NCBI GenBank assembly: GCA_963788655.1
Contig: CAWBHS010000072.1
Location: 96,001 to 160,000 of the forward strand
Length of the DNA stretch: 64,000 bases
Source: an uncultured Verrucomicrobiae bacterium
GTDB lineage: Bacteria > Verrucomicrobiota > Verrucomicrobiia > Limisphaerales > JAFGQR01
Direction of reading: 5' to 3'
The translations under genes were made by a program, and so were the position numbers. The notes under the pieces were generated by a model that saw nothing but the letters and a program-made list of their open reading frames with translations, did not search any database and was not told the DNA's origin. Shown piece by piece: positions 52,347-62,575 of this stretch (positions are counted from its first letter, which is position 1; each line of letters opens with the position of its first letter).

Positions 52347-53853
52347 TTAGTAAGTGAAGAGCAGTTCGGCGCGCAGGAAGGAGAGCAAATCGCGCTTGGC
52401 GTAGTAGTCGCCCTGCCAGACAAACTCGCTCCAGAGATGGCCGCTGATGTGGCTGTTGAATTTGTGCTTTAGCACGGCTTGGGCGTAATGGCCGCGGAAC
52501 GTGCCGTTGCCACCATTGAAGGCACCAAACAGCGCTGGATTAATGGGTACGGGTCGGCACTTTCTGATTGGCCAACAACGCGCTGTAATTCACCAGGAGA
52601 CTCATGTTCTTGATTGGATTGAGGGACCAACCGGCGCCAATACGATGAATATTGTTGAGTTGGGCAACTTTTCCGCTGGTTTCGTAAATGTACGAATAGA
52701 TGTACAACTCGCTGAAGCGCGGCCAGCGCCCCCAGAGCACGTCGAACATTTCATCCTTGCCGGTGGTTGAAGGATCGTCCCCGGAAAGGAACTCATAGAA
52801 TAAATATGGCTGGTTGTTCAGCTTGTCTTTGAACTGGTAACCGAGTTTGGCGTTGACGCCGAAAGCGCCAATGTCTCTCTTAACGTTGCCGATGCCGGAG
52901 GCGTCGTGGGTCAAGGTGGGATCGGTCTTGTCCCCAAATTGGTAGGCGCCTTCTGCGGAATAATTCCAATGGTCGGCAAACGTGCCCGTTACTTTGCCCC
53001 CGACCGTGTAAATGTTCGCATCGTCGCCGTTGCCCAGCGTCCTGATGCGGCTGTCACGCTTGTAGATGAAGTAGCCGTCAAGCTGGGTGTTCTTCAACGA
53101 CTTGTTCGAACCATAAAGAATGACTCCCTGCTCATTCTGTTCGGTCAAGTAGTACGGTTTTGGAAGGTTTTCTCCGGAACGCCCGAGCGTCGGAATCCAT
53201 TCGTCCGGCAGAGCGTTCTGGTGAATGTAGATCACGTCGAACTTGGTTTTGATGTCTTTCGCATCATAGTTCAGCCGGATGCTGTCGAGGAAGAAGGTCC
53301 AGGAACCGTCGCCTGGCGTGCCGTCGGCCACCAACCACCAGTTATAAAAGTCGCCCAACAGGATGTCCTGCCGGCCGGCAGTAATCGTGAGCGGTTGATT
53401 GAACGCGTTATTCCATTTTACGTTCGCGTTGTCCAAAATCCCGTAGCGTTCCTCAAAGCCAGATCTGTAATCGTATTGCCCCGCGTACGACGGCTTCATC
53501 CACTCGCGGGCTTCATCAGAAAACCGGGCATTGATGCTGAGATCTTTCACCGGCTTCACGGAAGCCCAGAGACGGCCTCGAAAGCGGAAATAGTCCTGCT
53601 CATGCCGGGCCGCGGAATCAGTCAAGCTCAGGATGTTGTTGAAATACTCGTTGCGCACCCGAAAATCCGCGCCCCAACTGAGCCAAGACGTCGGATTTTT
53701 GGAATCCTTGATGAATGCCTCGAGGCTGCTGCTCTTGGTCGGCGGCGAGGCACTGGCGGCTTCGGCTGCCGGCGCCTGCGGGCTAAGGATCAAGGTTGCG
53801 CCGGCGACCATCGCCGACCAACGAATCAGGAGGTGAGTTGATTTAGGTCTCAT
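52347..53853 (-). CDS. Alginate-export-family outer-membrane beta-barrel (two compensating frameshifts ~52545 and ~52470)
   Basis: Signal; D.RVRNE, RFRGRL, AGRQDI.LG, EGAYQFG, LSGDDP, FD.LW; recovered C-terminus LRAELLFTY* ends in an aromatic residue. Confidence 0.8.
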
Positions 53854-54388
53854 AGTTATGATGTTGTGAGTTGGGTTAAAAATGGTTTGCCATTCTTTGC
53901 GGAGAGCGAAATTCAGGAGGACTTGACGTGGCGGCCAAAAGTTGCGGGAACGTGCTCCCAATTAGAGAGGAGGCGCGCGCCGCGCCAGTTAAAAACGCCC
54001 AATTGTTTTCGATCCCGATAACCATCGTTCTTGTTAAAAACGCCGCATCAATAGGTCGTTTACGAGGGGCAGCATCTCCTGCTGCCATCAATACCCTGGC
54101 CGACGTTCTAATCAAACCAGCATACGGACCCGCAAAGACAGACACTGGCATTCAGTTATGACTGCCGACAAACACAGTGAAATCGCGTCCTTTTTACTAA
54201 AATGTAAGCCGATGTCCAGAAGATATTATTCGAGTTATGCTAATGCGTGAAATTAAGGTCTATTGCGAGACGGCGCGCTTTGGCGTCGAGGAACGTTTCT
54301 TACCGGGGTGCTGGCGCTAACACGACAGCGTTTTGGAGTGCGGCCGTTCGCAACGTTCTCAGTAGCCTTGGTCCGGTGTGCCCGCATG

Positions 54389-54503
54389 GTAGGACAGGCG
54401 TCTCGTCTGTCCCGAATCACGGCAGCGTTTGTTTACGCCAGGAACATCGTGCGACCAATCGCCTGGTCTTGGTTGTTCGGGACCGCCGAGACGGCTGTCC
54501 GAC
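54389..54503. repeat. REP doublet (GTAGGACAG family)
   Basis: GTAGGACAGGCGTCTCGTCTGTCCC ... GGGACCGCCGAGACGGCTGTCCGAC. Confidence 0.75.
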
Positions 54504-54507
54504 TGGG

Positions 54508-55704
54508 TTAGGTTTGCGTCGCGCTCCAGGACCGCGGTTCCACGAAGCGCACTTCGGCCTCAACCCCAAGCCGGTTTAGGAACTCTGATTGAATGTCGCG
54601 CTGGAGTTTCTCGATGACCCAGATCGTGTCGGAGAAAAAGCTTTCGTCCATGCGGATGTAAATGACCAGGTGGCGCTCCGAAACCTCGGCCTTGAACGGC
54701 TGTCGGGCTACGGGAGTCTGAGCCAGCACCGCTCCGATCTGACCATCATAGAGCGGGGTTTCATTGACGCGCAGGCGGCGATCTAAACGCGCGCCGGGTT
54801 TCAAAGTGGCTCCGGTGCGGCCGCAGGCACATTGGTCGCGGCTGATTTCGCAAGCCACGCCGGACCGATACCGCAGCAGCGGCATGGATTCGCGCGTGAG
54901 CGTGGTCAGCACCAGTTCACCGTCCACGCATTCGGCCAGGAAATGATCTTCTTGTACGTGGAAGTTGCCTTCCTGGCATTCGACACACAAACCGGGATCC
55001 AACACTTCACCCAGCCCAAAATTGCAGCGGATCGCGGCGAATAGCCCGGCGCCGATTTGTTCGCGCGTGCTATGATCGACGGGACGCGAAAGCAGCACGG
55101 TCCGCAGATGAAAAGCCTGCGGATCGATCTGCCGTTGCTCCAGCAGCCGGATCAAGTCATTGGCATTGCTGGGCGTGGTAACCAGCACGGTCGGTCGATA
55201 GTTCTGAAGCATGGCTACTTGGTAATCGATGTGGTACGGATCCTCGGCGATCACCGAGGCCTCGATCAATTCCGCGCCCAGCACGTAGCCGGACGCATTG
55301 GGATATATGCCCGCACCCAGACAGATTTGCACCACATCGTTGCCCGTCACGCCACACGCCGCCAACTGGCGCGCCACGAGCCGGCTCCAGTTTCGCAGGT
55401 CATTCTGGGTGTGCCCGATGACCAACGGTTGTCCGCCGGGCCCGACGGTGGTGTGCAAGCGGATCACTTCCCGCAGCGGAAAGGCAAACATGCCGTAGGG
55501 AAAACTCTCGACCACGTCCTCGGGACTGGTCAGCGGTAGTTGAGCCAGGTCCTCCAAGGATTGAATCCGGCGGCCGACCAATTTTTCCCGGTAACGGCGC
55601 ACGTTCCGTTTGAGGCGGACCAGCAGAGCTTGAAGGCGTTCGAGTTGGAGTTGCTCCAATTCGGCCCGCGGCATCGTTTCGTAACGAGGGTTGAAAATAT
55701 TCAT
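54508..55704 (-). CDS. Phenylacetate-CoA ligase-like protein with degenerate adenylation motifs
   Basis: Colinear with PaaK (ETMPRAELEQLQLERL, YPYG-like FPYGMFA, EDHFLAE, LVLTTL.RE.MPLLRYR) but the P-loop reads HTTVGPGGQP. Confidence 0.8.
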   Translation of the reverse strand: MNIFNPRYETMPRAELEQLQLERLQALLVRLKRNVRRYREKLVGRRIQSLEDLAQLPLTSPEDVVESFPYGMFAFPLREVIRLHTTVGPGGQPLVIGHTQNDLRNWSRLVARQLAACGVTGNDVVQICLGAGIYPNASGYVLGAELIEASVIAEDPYHIDYQVAMLQNYRPTVLVTTPSNANDLIRLLEQRQIDPQAFHLRTVLLSRPVDHSTREQIGAGLFAAIRCNFGLGEVLDPGLCVECQEGNFHVQEDHFLAECVDGELVLTTLTRESMPLLRYRSGVACEISRDQCACGRTGATLKPGARLDRRLRVNETPLYDGQIGAVLAQTPVARQPFKAEVSERHLVIYIRMDESFFSDTIWVIEKLQRDIQSEFLNRLGVEAEVRFVEPRSWSATQT

Positions 55705-55720
55705 GTGCGCAGTTCGTTCT

Positions 55721-56440
55721 TCATTCCCACACCTCGCGGTAACCTTTGCCCAAATAGGCGCGTTTGACTTCCGGATTGTGCAGCAGTTCGGCGGCTTCGC
55801 CTTCGAGGATAATCTCGCCCGTTTCCAGGACGTAGGCGCGGTCCGCAATTTGGAGCGTGGCCACGGCATTCTGTTCGACCACGAGGACCGTTAGGCCCGT
55901 CTCGGTCATGCGCCGGATTTCGGTGAACACTTCCTTGACCAGCAGCGGCGCCAGCCCCATCGAAGGCTCGTCCAGCAGGAGGAGTTTCGGGCGGGCCATC
56001 AAGGCGCGGCCGAGGGCGAGCATCTGCTGTTCGCCGCCCGACAGCGTGCCGCCCATTTGGTGGATGCGCTCGCGAAGGCGCGGGAAACGGTCGAGCACAA
56101 TTTCGAGCTGCAGATTCCGATCGGGGTTGTGGTAGCCGCCGACGAGCAAATTTTCCCGCACGCTCATGTCCGCGAAAATCATCCGGCCTTCGGGCACGAG
56201 CACCATCGAACTGCTCACGCTGCGCCAGGGCGGTTGGCCGCGCACGGGTCGTCCATCCATGCGGATTTCCCCCTCCCAGGGCGGCAGCAGTCCGACAATC
56301 GACTTAAGGAGCGACGTCTTGCCGGCGCCGTTCGCGCCCAGCAAGCCCACGATTTCCCCGGCGCCGACGTGCAAGCTGACGCCGCGCACCACCTCGAGGC
56401 TGCCGTAGCCGCACCTAAGATTTTTGATCTGCAACAACAT
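55721..56440 (-). CDS. livF: Branched-chain amino acid-type ABC transporter ATP-binding protein
   Basis: GANGAGKT, LSGGEQQMLA, LLDEPSMGLAP, VEQN. Confidence 0.92.
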   Translation of the reverse strand: MLLQIKNLRCGYGSLEVVRGVSLHVGAGEIVGLLGANGAGKTSLLKSIVGLLPPWEGEIRMDGRPVRGQPPWRSVSSSMVLVPEGRMIFADMSVRENLLVGGYHNPDRNLQLEIVLDRFPRLRERIHQMGGTLSGGEQQMLALGRALMARPKLLLLDEPSMGLAPLLVKEVFTEIRRMTETGLTVLVVEQNAVATLQIADRAYVLETGEIILEGEAAELLHNPEVKRAYLGKGYREVWE

Positions 56441-57203
56441 GCTGAAAATCTCCGCCCAGATACACGCTGATCACCTTGGGATCATTTTGCACCACCGCGG
56501 GACAACCCTCGGCAATCGGCACCCCGTTGTGCAACACGAGAATGTCCTCGGCCAAATCCATCACCAGTTTCATGTCGTGCTCGACCAGCAAAATGGTGAC
56601 CCCGCGGTCGCGAATGCGGCGAATGAGATCGCCCAAATCCTCCTTTTCCCGGGTGTTCAAACCGCTGGCTGGTTCATCCAACAGCAGCAAGTCCGGCCCA
56701 GTGGCCAGGGCGCGGGCCAATTCCACCATGCGGCGCTGGCCAAAAGCCAGGCTGCCGGCGGACAGGTTCGAAAGCTCCACGAGCCCCAAATGCTCGAGTT
56801 GCGCCAGGGCGGCGTCGCGAATGTGGCGTTCCTCGCGGCGTTGACCGAACAGCCGGAACGCGCACGCCGCGAATTCGGACCGGGACCGGGGATGCCGGCC
56901 GACCATCACATTTTCAAGCACGCTCATGTGCAGGAACAGACTCGGATTCTGGAAGGTACGGGACATGCCTCGGCGCGCAATCTCGTAGGGCTTGAGACGC
57001 CCGATGGGTTTGTCCTTGAAAACAATCCGGCCCGTCTCCGCGCGCAATAGCCCGGAGATCACATTGAACAAGGTGGTTTTGCCCGCTCCGTTCGGTCCGA
57101 TCAAGGCCTTGATCTGCCCCGCCTGGACTTGAAACGTAACCTGGTCCAAGGCCACCAAGCCGCCGAAGCTGCGCCGCACGTTCTGGACTTCAAGCAAGGC
57201 CAT
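56415..57203 (-). CDS. livG: Branched-chain amino acid-type ABC transporter ATP-binding protein
   Basis: FGGLVAL, GPNGAGKTT, RTFQN, LLDEPASG, VEHDM. Confidence 0.92.
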   Translation of the reverse strand: MALLEVQNVRRSFGGLVALDQVTFQVQAGQIKALIGPNGAGKTTLFNVISGLLRAETGRIVFKDKPIGRLKPYEIARRGMSRTFQNPSLFLHMSVLENVMVGRHPRSRSEFAACAFRLFGQRREERHIRDAALAQLEHLGLVELSNLSAGSLAFGQRRMVELARALATGPDLLLLDEPASGLNTREKEDLGDLIRRIRDRGVTILLVEHDMKLVMDLAEDILVLHNGVPIAEGCPAVVQNDPKVISVYLGGDFQHVVADQKS

Positions 57204-57204
57204 A

Positions 57205-58341
57205 CTATCCGGAAAGGGTGTTCGGCGCGGGCGGGACCGGCTCCTCGGCTTTCGGGCCCACGGCGGCCGGCGCGGGTTGGGATTGCCGGCTTCCCAATAG
57301 CCGCCGAAGCCATTGGCCGAGGGGTTTCAACGGTCCCTCCGGCGCGAGGGAAATGATCACGATGAGCAAGCCGCCAAACACAGCGTGATCGAACGAGCCG
57401 AACCAACCGCGCAACGAGCAAAAATTGATGGCCGTGCTGATCACCACGGCGCCCCAGAGGTTGGCCATGCCGCTGACGGCAGCCAGAGCCACGTAGCGCA
57501 CCGACTTTAGTGCGCCGGCCTCCGACGGTCCAATGCCGCCGTTGTAGTGCGCGTAAAACACTCCCGCCACGGCGGCCAGCAAAGCGCTGGTGACAAACGC
57601 CTTGAGTTTATAAACAGACGTGTTGATGCCCATTGCATTGGCGGCGGTTTCCCGATCATGAATGGCTTGAAACGCGCGGCCGATTCGGGATTGAACCAGG
57701 TTGCGCAACAGGATCAACAGCACCAGCACCACCGCGACCGCCATATAATAATTCTGAACGCGCAAGGGTCGTCGGCCGGAGATGGTCAGGCCCAAGCCGA
57801 TGTTCCACGGTGGCACTCCGGTAATGCCGTCCGCGGCACCGGTGATGGTCGTGCCCAAAACAATCTTGTACACGATCAGTCCAAATCCCAACGTGGCCAT
57901 GGCGAGGTAATGTCCTTTGAGCCGCAACGCCGGATAGCCGATGAGATGCGCAATCACAAACGTGGCCAGCATCGCCACCAGAAAAGCCACCCAGGGCGTG
58001 GCGGTCATGATTTCATTGCCATATAAATTCTCCTTGAGCACAAACACGTGCATCTGCCGGAGCCAGACGGCCCAAGTCGCGTCCTTGATGGCGGAGAAAT
58101 CGTGGGTGGTCAGCACCGCGGTGGTGTAGCCGCCGATGGCAAAGAACGCGCCGTGTCCGAGCGAGACCTGCCCCGCGTAGCCCATCACCAGGCACAAGCC
58201 CATGACCACGATGGCGTAATACAACGACATCGTGAGTTGGGTCAGGTAATACTCCGTCTCTGCTGCCTGCATGAGGAGCTGCGCCGCGACGGCCACCGCC
58301 GCGCAGATCAGGTAGGGAAGCGCTCGTTTGAAGCCGTTCAT
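57205..58341 (-). CDS. livM: Branched-chain amino acid-type ABC transporter permease
   Basis: GYAGQVSLGH, LRLKGHYLAMATL, GRAFQAI...E.AA..MGIN. Confidence 0.9.
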   Translation of the reverse strand: MNGFKRALPYLICAAVAVAAQLLMQAAETEYYLTQLTMSLYYAIVVMGLCLVMGYAGQVSLGHGAFFAIGGYTTAVLTTHDFSAIKDATWAVWLRQMHVFVLKENLYGNEIMTATPWVAFLVAMLATFVIAHLIGYPALRLKGHYLAMATLGFGLIVYKIVLGTTITGAADGITGVPPWNIGLGLTISGRRPLRVQNYYMAVAVVLVLLILLRNLVQSRIGRAFQAIHDRETAANAMGINTSVYKLKAFVTSALLAAVAGVFYAHYNGGIGPSEAGALKSVRYVALAAVSGMANLWGAVVISTAINFCSLRGWFGSFDHAVFGGLLIVIISLAPEGPLKPLGQWLRRLLGSRQSQPAPAAVGPKAEEPVPPAPNTLSG

Positions 58342-59234
58342 CAATGTTCTCTCACCCCTTCCCCCACCGGTTTGCCGAACAGCCCGTGCGGTCGTACGAA
58401 CAGCACCAGCAGCAAGACAGCAAATGCGGTCACGTCGTTGTACGCCGCTGGCAGCACGCTGACGCTGAACGCCTCGAGCACTCCGACCAACAAACCGCCC
58501 GCCACGGCCCCCATCGGATTGCCCAAGCCGCCAAGGATGGCCGCGGCAAAGCCTTTGATGGCCAGCGGTACGCCCATGGCATAATGCGTCATGGTGATCG
58601 GCGAAATCACGCACCCTCCGAGCGCACCCAGACCAGCGCTCAAGCCGAACGAGAGCATGCGCATGCTGGGAATGTTGATCCCCGCGAGCATGGCGGCTTC
58701 GGGATTCGAGGAACATGCCCGCATGGCCCGTCCTTGCCGCGAGTATTTGAAAAACAAGTGCAGCACCACCACCATCACGCCGACCGCACCCAATACCCAT
58801 AACACCTGGGGTGAAATGGCGGCCCCGAGGAAGCGAATGGAAGATGCCTCGTTACCGGAGAAATAGGGCAGCGACCGCACCTTTTCATCCCAAACGTGGA
58901 GCGCCACTTCCTGGATCACAATCGAAAGGCCAATGGTGATGATGATCATGTGCAGCACCGAGTGGTTTCGGAGCTTACGGAAGAACACCACTTCCAACGC
59001 ACACCCCACCAGGGCCACCACCACGACTGCCACGACCACCGCCACCGGCAGCGGGGCAAACGCCAACAGCGTCACCGCAAGCATGCCTCCCAGCATGACA
59101 AATTCGCCCTGGGCAAAATTCAGCACGCCCGTCGCGCTATAGATTAGATTGAATCCAATCGCCACGACCGCATAAATGCTGCCTTTCGTTACTCCGGACA
59201 AAAAGTATTGCAGGGCCAGGCTGCTGTTTTCCAT
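58341..59234 (-). CDS. livH: Branched-chain amino acid-type ABC transporter permease
   Basis: G...GSIYA..AIGF, NFAQGE, GRAMRA, KGFAAAILGG.G. Confidence 0.92.
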   Translation of the reverse strand: MENSSLALQYFLSGVTKGSIYAVVAIGFNLIYSATGVLNFAQGEFVMLGGMLAVTLLAFAPLPVAVVVAVVVVALVGCALEVVFFRKLRNHSVLHMIIITIGLSIVIQEVALHVWDEKVRSLPYFSGNEASSIRFLGAAISPQVLWVLGAVGVMVVVLHLFFKYSRQGRAMRACSSNPEAAMLAGINIPSMRMLSFGLSAGLGALGGCVISPITMTHYAMGVPLAIKGFAAAILGGLGNPMGAVAGGLLVGVLEAFSVSVLPAAYNDVTAFAVLLLVLFVRPHGLFGKPVGEGVREH

Positions 59235-59254
59235 CGTCAGCGTGTTTGTTTAGC

Positions 59255-59287
59255 AAACGGCCCCGGTCAGTCCGCCCGCCGGGGCCG
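59255..59287 (-). terminator. GC-rich stem-loop after the substrate-binding protein gene (partial terminator / mRNA stabiliser)
   Basis: CGGCCCCGG ... CCGGGGCCG inverted repeat followed by TTT on the - strand. Confidence 0.5.
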
Positions 59288-59318
59288 CGTCAAAGGACAT
59301 CAATTCCTGAGTTAGGAA

Positions 59319-60485
59319 TTACTTCTGGTAAATGGCAAACTTGCCATCCTTGACGGTCAGCATCTCGAACGCGCTCAGGTCCAGACCGGTGTGGTCGGCG
59401 GGCGAGAAATTGAAAACGCCGCCCGTTCCGGCAAAGCCCTTCAAGCTTTCGATGGCGTCGCGAACCTTGTCGCGATTGATCGAATTGGCCTTGCGAATGC
59501 CCGCGATCACGATGCTAAACGCATCATACGCATGACCGCCAAAGGTGCTGACATCCTCGTGATAGCGTCCCTCGTAGTCGCTTTTGTATTTGGCCAACAC
59601 TTTTTTCTGCGGATTGGTGTCGGGCAAGCCGTCCACCACCAACAGTCGGCCCGCTGGGAAAAGAATGCCTTCGGCCGCCACGCCTGCTTGTTGGACGTAC
59701 TTGGGATTGCCAAAACCGTGGCTCTGGAACAACGGCACGTTCAGGCCAATCTGTTTCATGTTCTTGGGAACAATCGATTGGGCGGGGACGATGGACCAAT
59801 TCACCACCGCCTGCACCCCTGGGGTGCCCTTCACCTTGGTCAGGATGTCGGTCAAATCCGTGGCGGTTTTGTCATAGACCTCGTTGCACACAATCTGGAT
59901 TCCTTCCGCACCGGCCATTGCCGCAAGCTGCTTTTTGCCGGCATTGCCAAAACCGGTATTGGCGCTGAGCACCGCGATTTTGGTGATGCCCTTGTCCTTC
60001 ATGGTGCGATAAATCCAAGTGACGGCCTGGCTGTCTTTTTGCGGTGTCTTGAACACGTACTTTGCCACCGGATTGACGATGACTTCGGCCGCGGCGCAGG
60101 AAACCAGGATCATTTGCTCTTCTTCGCATAGCGCCTTGATCTGCATCGTCTCGCCGCTGGTGGACGGTCCGATAATGGCCAGGACGTTGTCCTCTTCGAT
60201 CAGTTGTTTGGCGAATGAGACAGCCTTTTCCGGACTGCCGCCGCTGTCCTTGAGGATCAATTGGACTTTTCGTCCCAGCACGCCGCCCTCGGCATTGAGC
60301 TGGTCCACGAGCATTTGCGCGGTCTTGGCTTCCGGCGCGCCGAGGAACGATGCCGGCCCGGTGACCGAGAAGATGGCGCCGATTTTGATGGGACGCCGGC
60401 CGAACAGCGCGGCATGAGTTTCAGGAGTGTGGCAGGCCAGGCCGAAGAACATCAGGCCCGTGATAACCTTGAGTAGTCGTTTCAT
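59319..60485 (-). CDS. ABC substrate-binding protein (LivK-like / aromatic-compound-binding type I periplasmic fold)
   Basis: Signal; IKIGAI.S.TGPAS.LG, N..GGVLG, G..G.FNFS..DH.GL. Confidence 0.9.
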   Translation of the reverse strand: MKRLLKVITGLMFFGLACHTPETHAALFGRRPIKIGAIFSVTGPASFLGAPEAKTAQMLVDQLNAEGGVLGRKVQLILKDSGGSPEKAVSFAKQLIEEDNVLAIIGPSTSGETMQIKALCEEEQMILVSCAAAEVIVNPVAKYVFKTPQKDSQAVTWIYRTMKDKGITKIAVLSANTGFGNAGKKQLAAMAGAEGIQIVCNEVYDKTATDLTDILTKVKGTPGVQAVVNWSIVPAQSIVPKNMKQIGLNVPLFQSHGFGNPKYVQQAGVAAEGILFPAGRLLVVDGLPDTNPQKKVLAKYKSDYEGRYHEDVSTFGGHAYDAFSIVIAGIRKANSINRDKVRDAIESLKGFAGTGGVFNFSPADHTGLDLSAFEMLTVKDGKFAIYQK

Positions 60486-60977
60486 AGTTCAATGCTTTTC
60501 TTGGTATTAGACCATTTTACCCCGCACGGAGTCGCTCCGGGGAAGTGGATATGGCATTAGGCTGCCGAAAGCTGCCGACGCTGTCAAGCTCGCCGGGAAA
60601 TCGATACGAGAAAAGCCAGAGCTGCTCCCAAGGTCACCACCACGCGCGGCAAGCTGGGTTCCGAATTAGGTTCGAAGTCCGGGTTCTGAAGGGTTCGAGC
60701 GCCACGGAACATTTGCCTGGCCGGCGCGCAAAAGGCCGGAGTTGCTTGCGGGCATCGGATTGCTTTTGGGGGTTGGCCTGCAAACTTCTGAGTTACGGTT
60801 TGGTGCTATTTCGTGTCGGCTTTGCCACGGCCGGGTGGGTTTGTTAACTTGGAACCACGGACAATGATGACAATTCCGCGAAATATCAAATGCCCGACGT
60901 GCAATTTGGATGCCGCACTATCAGAAGACGAAAGTGGCGCTTGCCGAATTCCCATGTTTTAATGCGGTGTGATCAAC

Positions 60978-61958
60978 ATGCTTAAAACCGCTGCCATCTT
61001 TGCCGTGTGCCTGCTCCTGACGGGCAAAGTTTACGCTGCCTCCTACGACCCGTTGACGGTGCCGTCGGACTTCAAAGCAGTGCAACTCGACCTCACTATC
61101 CACGACGCCAAACGCGACCGTGACCTCCCCATCCTGGTTTATCTTCCCGGCACCCAGACCCCCGCGCCGGTTGTGCTGTTCAGCCACGGCTTGGGCGGGA
61201 CGCGCTACGGGAGCAAGTTTCTTGGGGAGCACTGGGCGGCGCGTGGCTATGTGGCGGTGTTTCTCCAACATCCCGGCAGTGACGATTCGGTCTGGCGCAA
61301 CCAGCCGGTTGCCGAGCGCAGGCACGCAATGAACAGCGCCGCCTCGTTGGCCAATTTCCTTTTACGGGTCCAAGATGTACCAGCGGTTTTGGATCAACTT
61401 GAAGCCTGGAACGCAGATTCAACCCAGGCACTGGCCGGCCGGATGAACCAGCAAGTCGGAATGAGCGGACACTCCTTCGGTGCCGTCACCACCCAGGCGG
61501 TGAGCGGTCAGGCGCTTCCGCTCAGTGGGCAACGATTTACTGATCCGCGTATTCAGGCGGCGATTGTTTTTAGTCCAAGCACCCCCCGTCGCGGCCGCGC
61601 GGATGAAGCGTTCGGCGGAGTGAAAATTCCTTGGATGCTGATGACGGGAACAAAAGATTTGGCACCCATCGGAAATGCCGACATGAACTCCCGCTTGGGC
61701 GTGTTCCCAGCCCTGCACGGTGCGCCGAAATACGAAGTTGTCTTGCACAATGCCGAGCATTCCGTCTTCACCGACCGCGCCCTGCCGGGCGACCGGGAAC
61801 CGCGCGACCCCAATCACCACCGCGTCATCCTCGCCTTGTCCACGGCATTCTGGGATGCGTATCTGCGCGGCAATGCGGATGCGTTGGCGTGGCTCAAGGG
61901 TAGCGGTCCGCGCACGGTGATGGAGGAAGCGGATCGGTGGCAGTTTTCGTCGCAGTAA
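60978..61958 (+). CDS. Secreted alpha/beta hydrolase (dienelactone hydrolase/PAF-acetylhydrolase-like)
   Basis: Signal; VVLFSHGLGG, QHPGSD, GHSFG nucleophile, GTKD, AEHSVF. Confidence 0.85.
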   Translation: MLKTAAIFAVCLLLTGKVYAASYDPLTVPSDFKAVQLDLTIHDAKRDRDLPILVYLPGTQTPAPVVLFSHGLGGTRYGSKFLGEHWAARGYVAVFLQHPGSDDSVWRNQPVAERRHAMNSAASLANFLLRVQDVPAVLDQLEAWNADSTQALAGRMNQQVGMSGHSFGAVTTQAVSGQALPLSGQRFTDPRIQAAIVFSPSTPRRGRADEAFGGVKIPWMLMTGTKDLAPIGNADMNSRLGVFPALHGAPKYEVVLHNAEHSVFTDRALPGDREPRDPNHHRVILALSTAFWDAYLRGNADALAWLKGSGPRTVMEEADRWQFSSQ

Positions 61959-62575
61959 AGGTGACCCCAGCAAAGGGTCCGTCGAACTTTCCACGCCCAT
62001 CGGGCATCTCCCGGACAGCTTGGTCGTCAAGAAATGCGGCGGCAAACGCCAGCCTGCGCTCGCGGTTCTTTATTCCGATGTCGGCAAATCACTGGGCTTC
62101 CGGGACCACTCAAGCATTAACGCTTCAATCGAATTCGGTGCGGGGGGTTTGGCGGAAATTGTCGCGCTGAGCCCCTCGATAATCTCGATCCGCTGCGGCT
62201 CCTTCAATTTCGGAAATTCGCCGAACAATTCCCGCATCCGCCTCTGAATGTCACCCCAGTCCGCGTCCCCTTGGAGCAGCCGATTTCGTTGGTAGTCAAA
62301 CAGACATCGCGCCAGCAAGAGTGGAGGATTCTTGACTTGCTCGATGACCCAATCGAACGGCTGGCCATCGCTCCACCACTCCGCGGCACTGAATCGTTGC
62401 CAGATGACTTGGGCCTGAGACTCGTTGCTCCGGACTGCCAATTGAAGATGCAGGGCCTAGCACTACAGCGACAATTTCCACAAATCGCGGATGGAGCGAA
62501 GTGCTAGGGACCGGAAACGATAGTAAACGGCAGCACGCTTGCCCGTCGGGTTCCGGGTGTGGGGGTATCGCGAAA

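Noticed and set aside
1..53853. About 20 frameshifts (GH2 fusion, hydrogenase large subunit, nfeD, HzsA-like, GH172, GH116, paaK, porin) read as pseudogenes or programmed frameshifting
   Set aside because: Single-base indels, mostly in short homopolymers, spread over unrelated genes with intact motifs, some mutually compensating and densest at the window start; this fits long-read consensus error. Needs read polishing to confirm.
62070..62441. Hypothetical 123-aa CDS
   Set aside because: Weak start and no recognisable motif; could be a gene fragment but is not supportable
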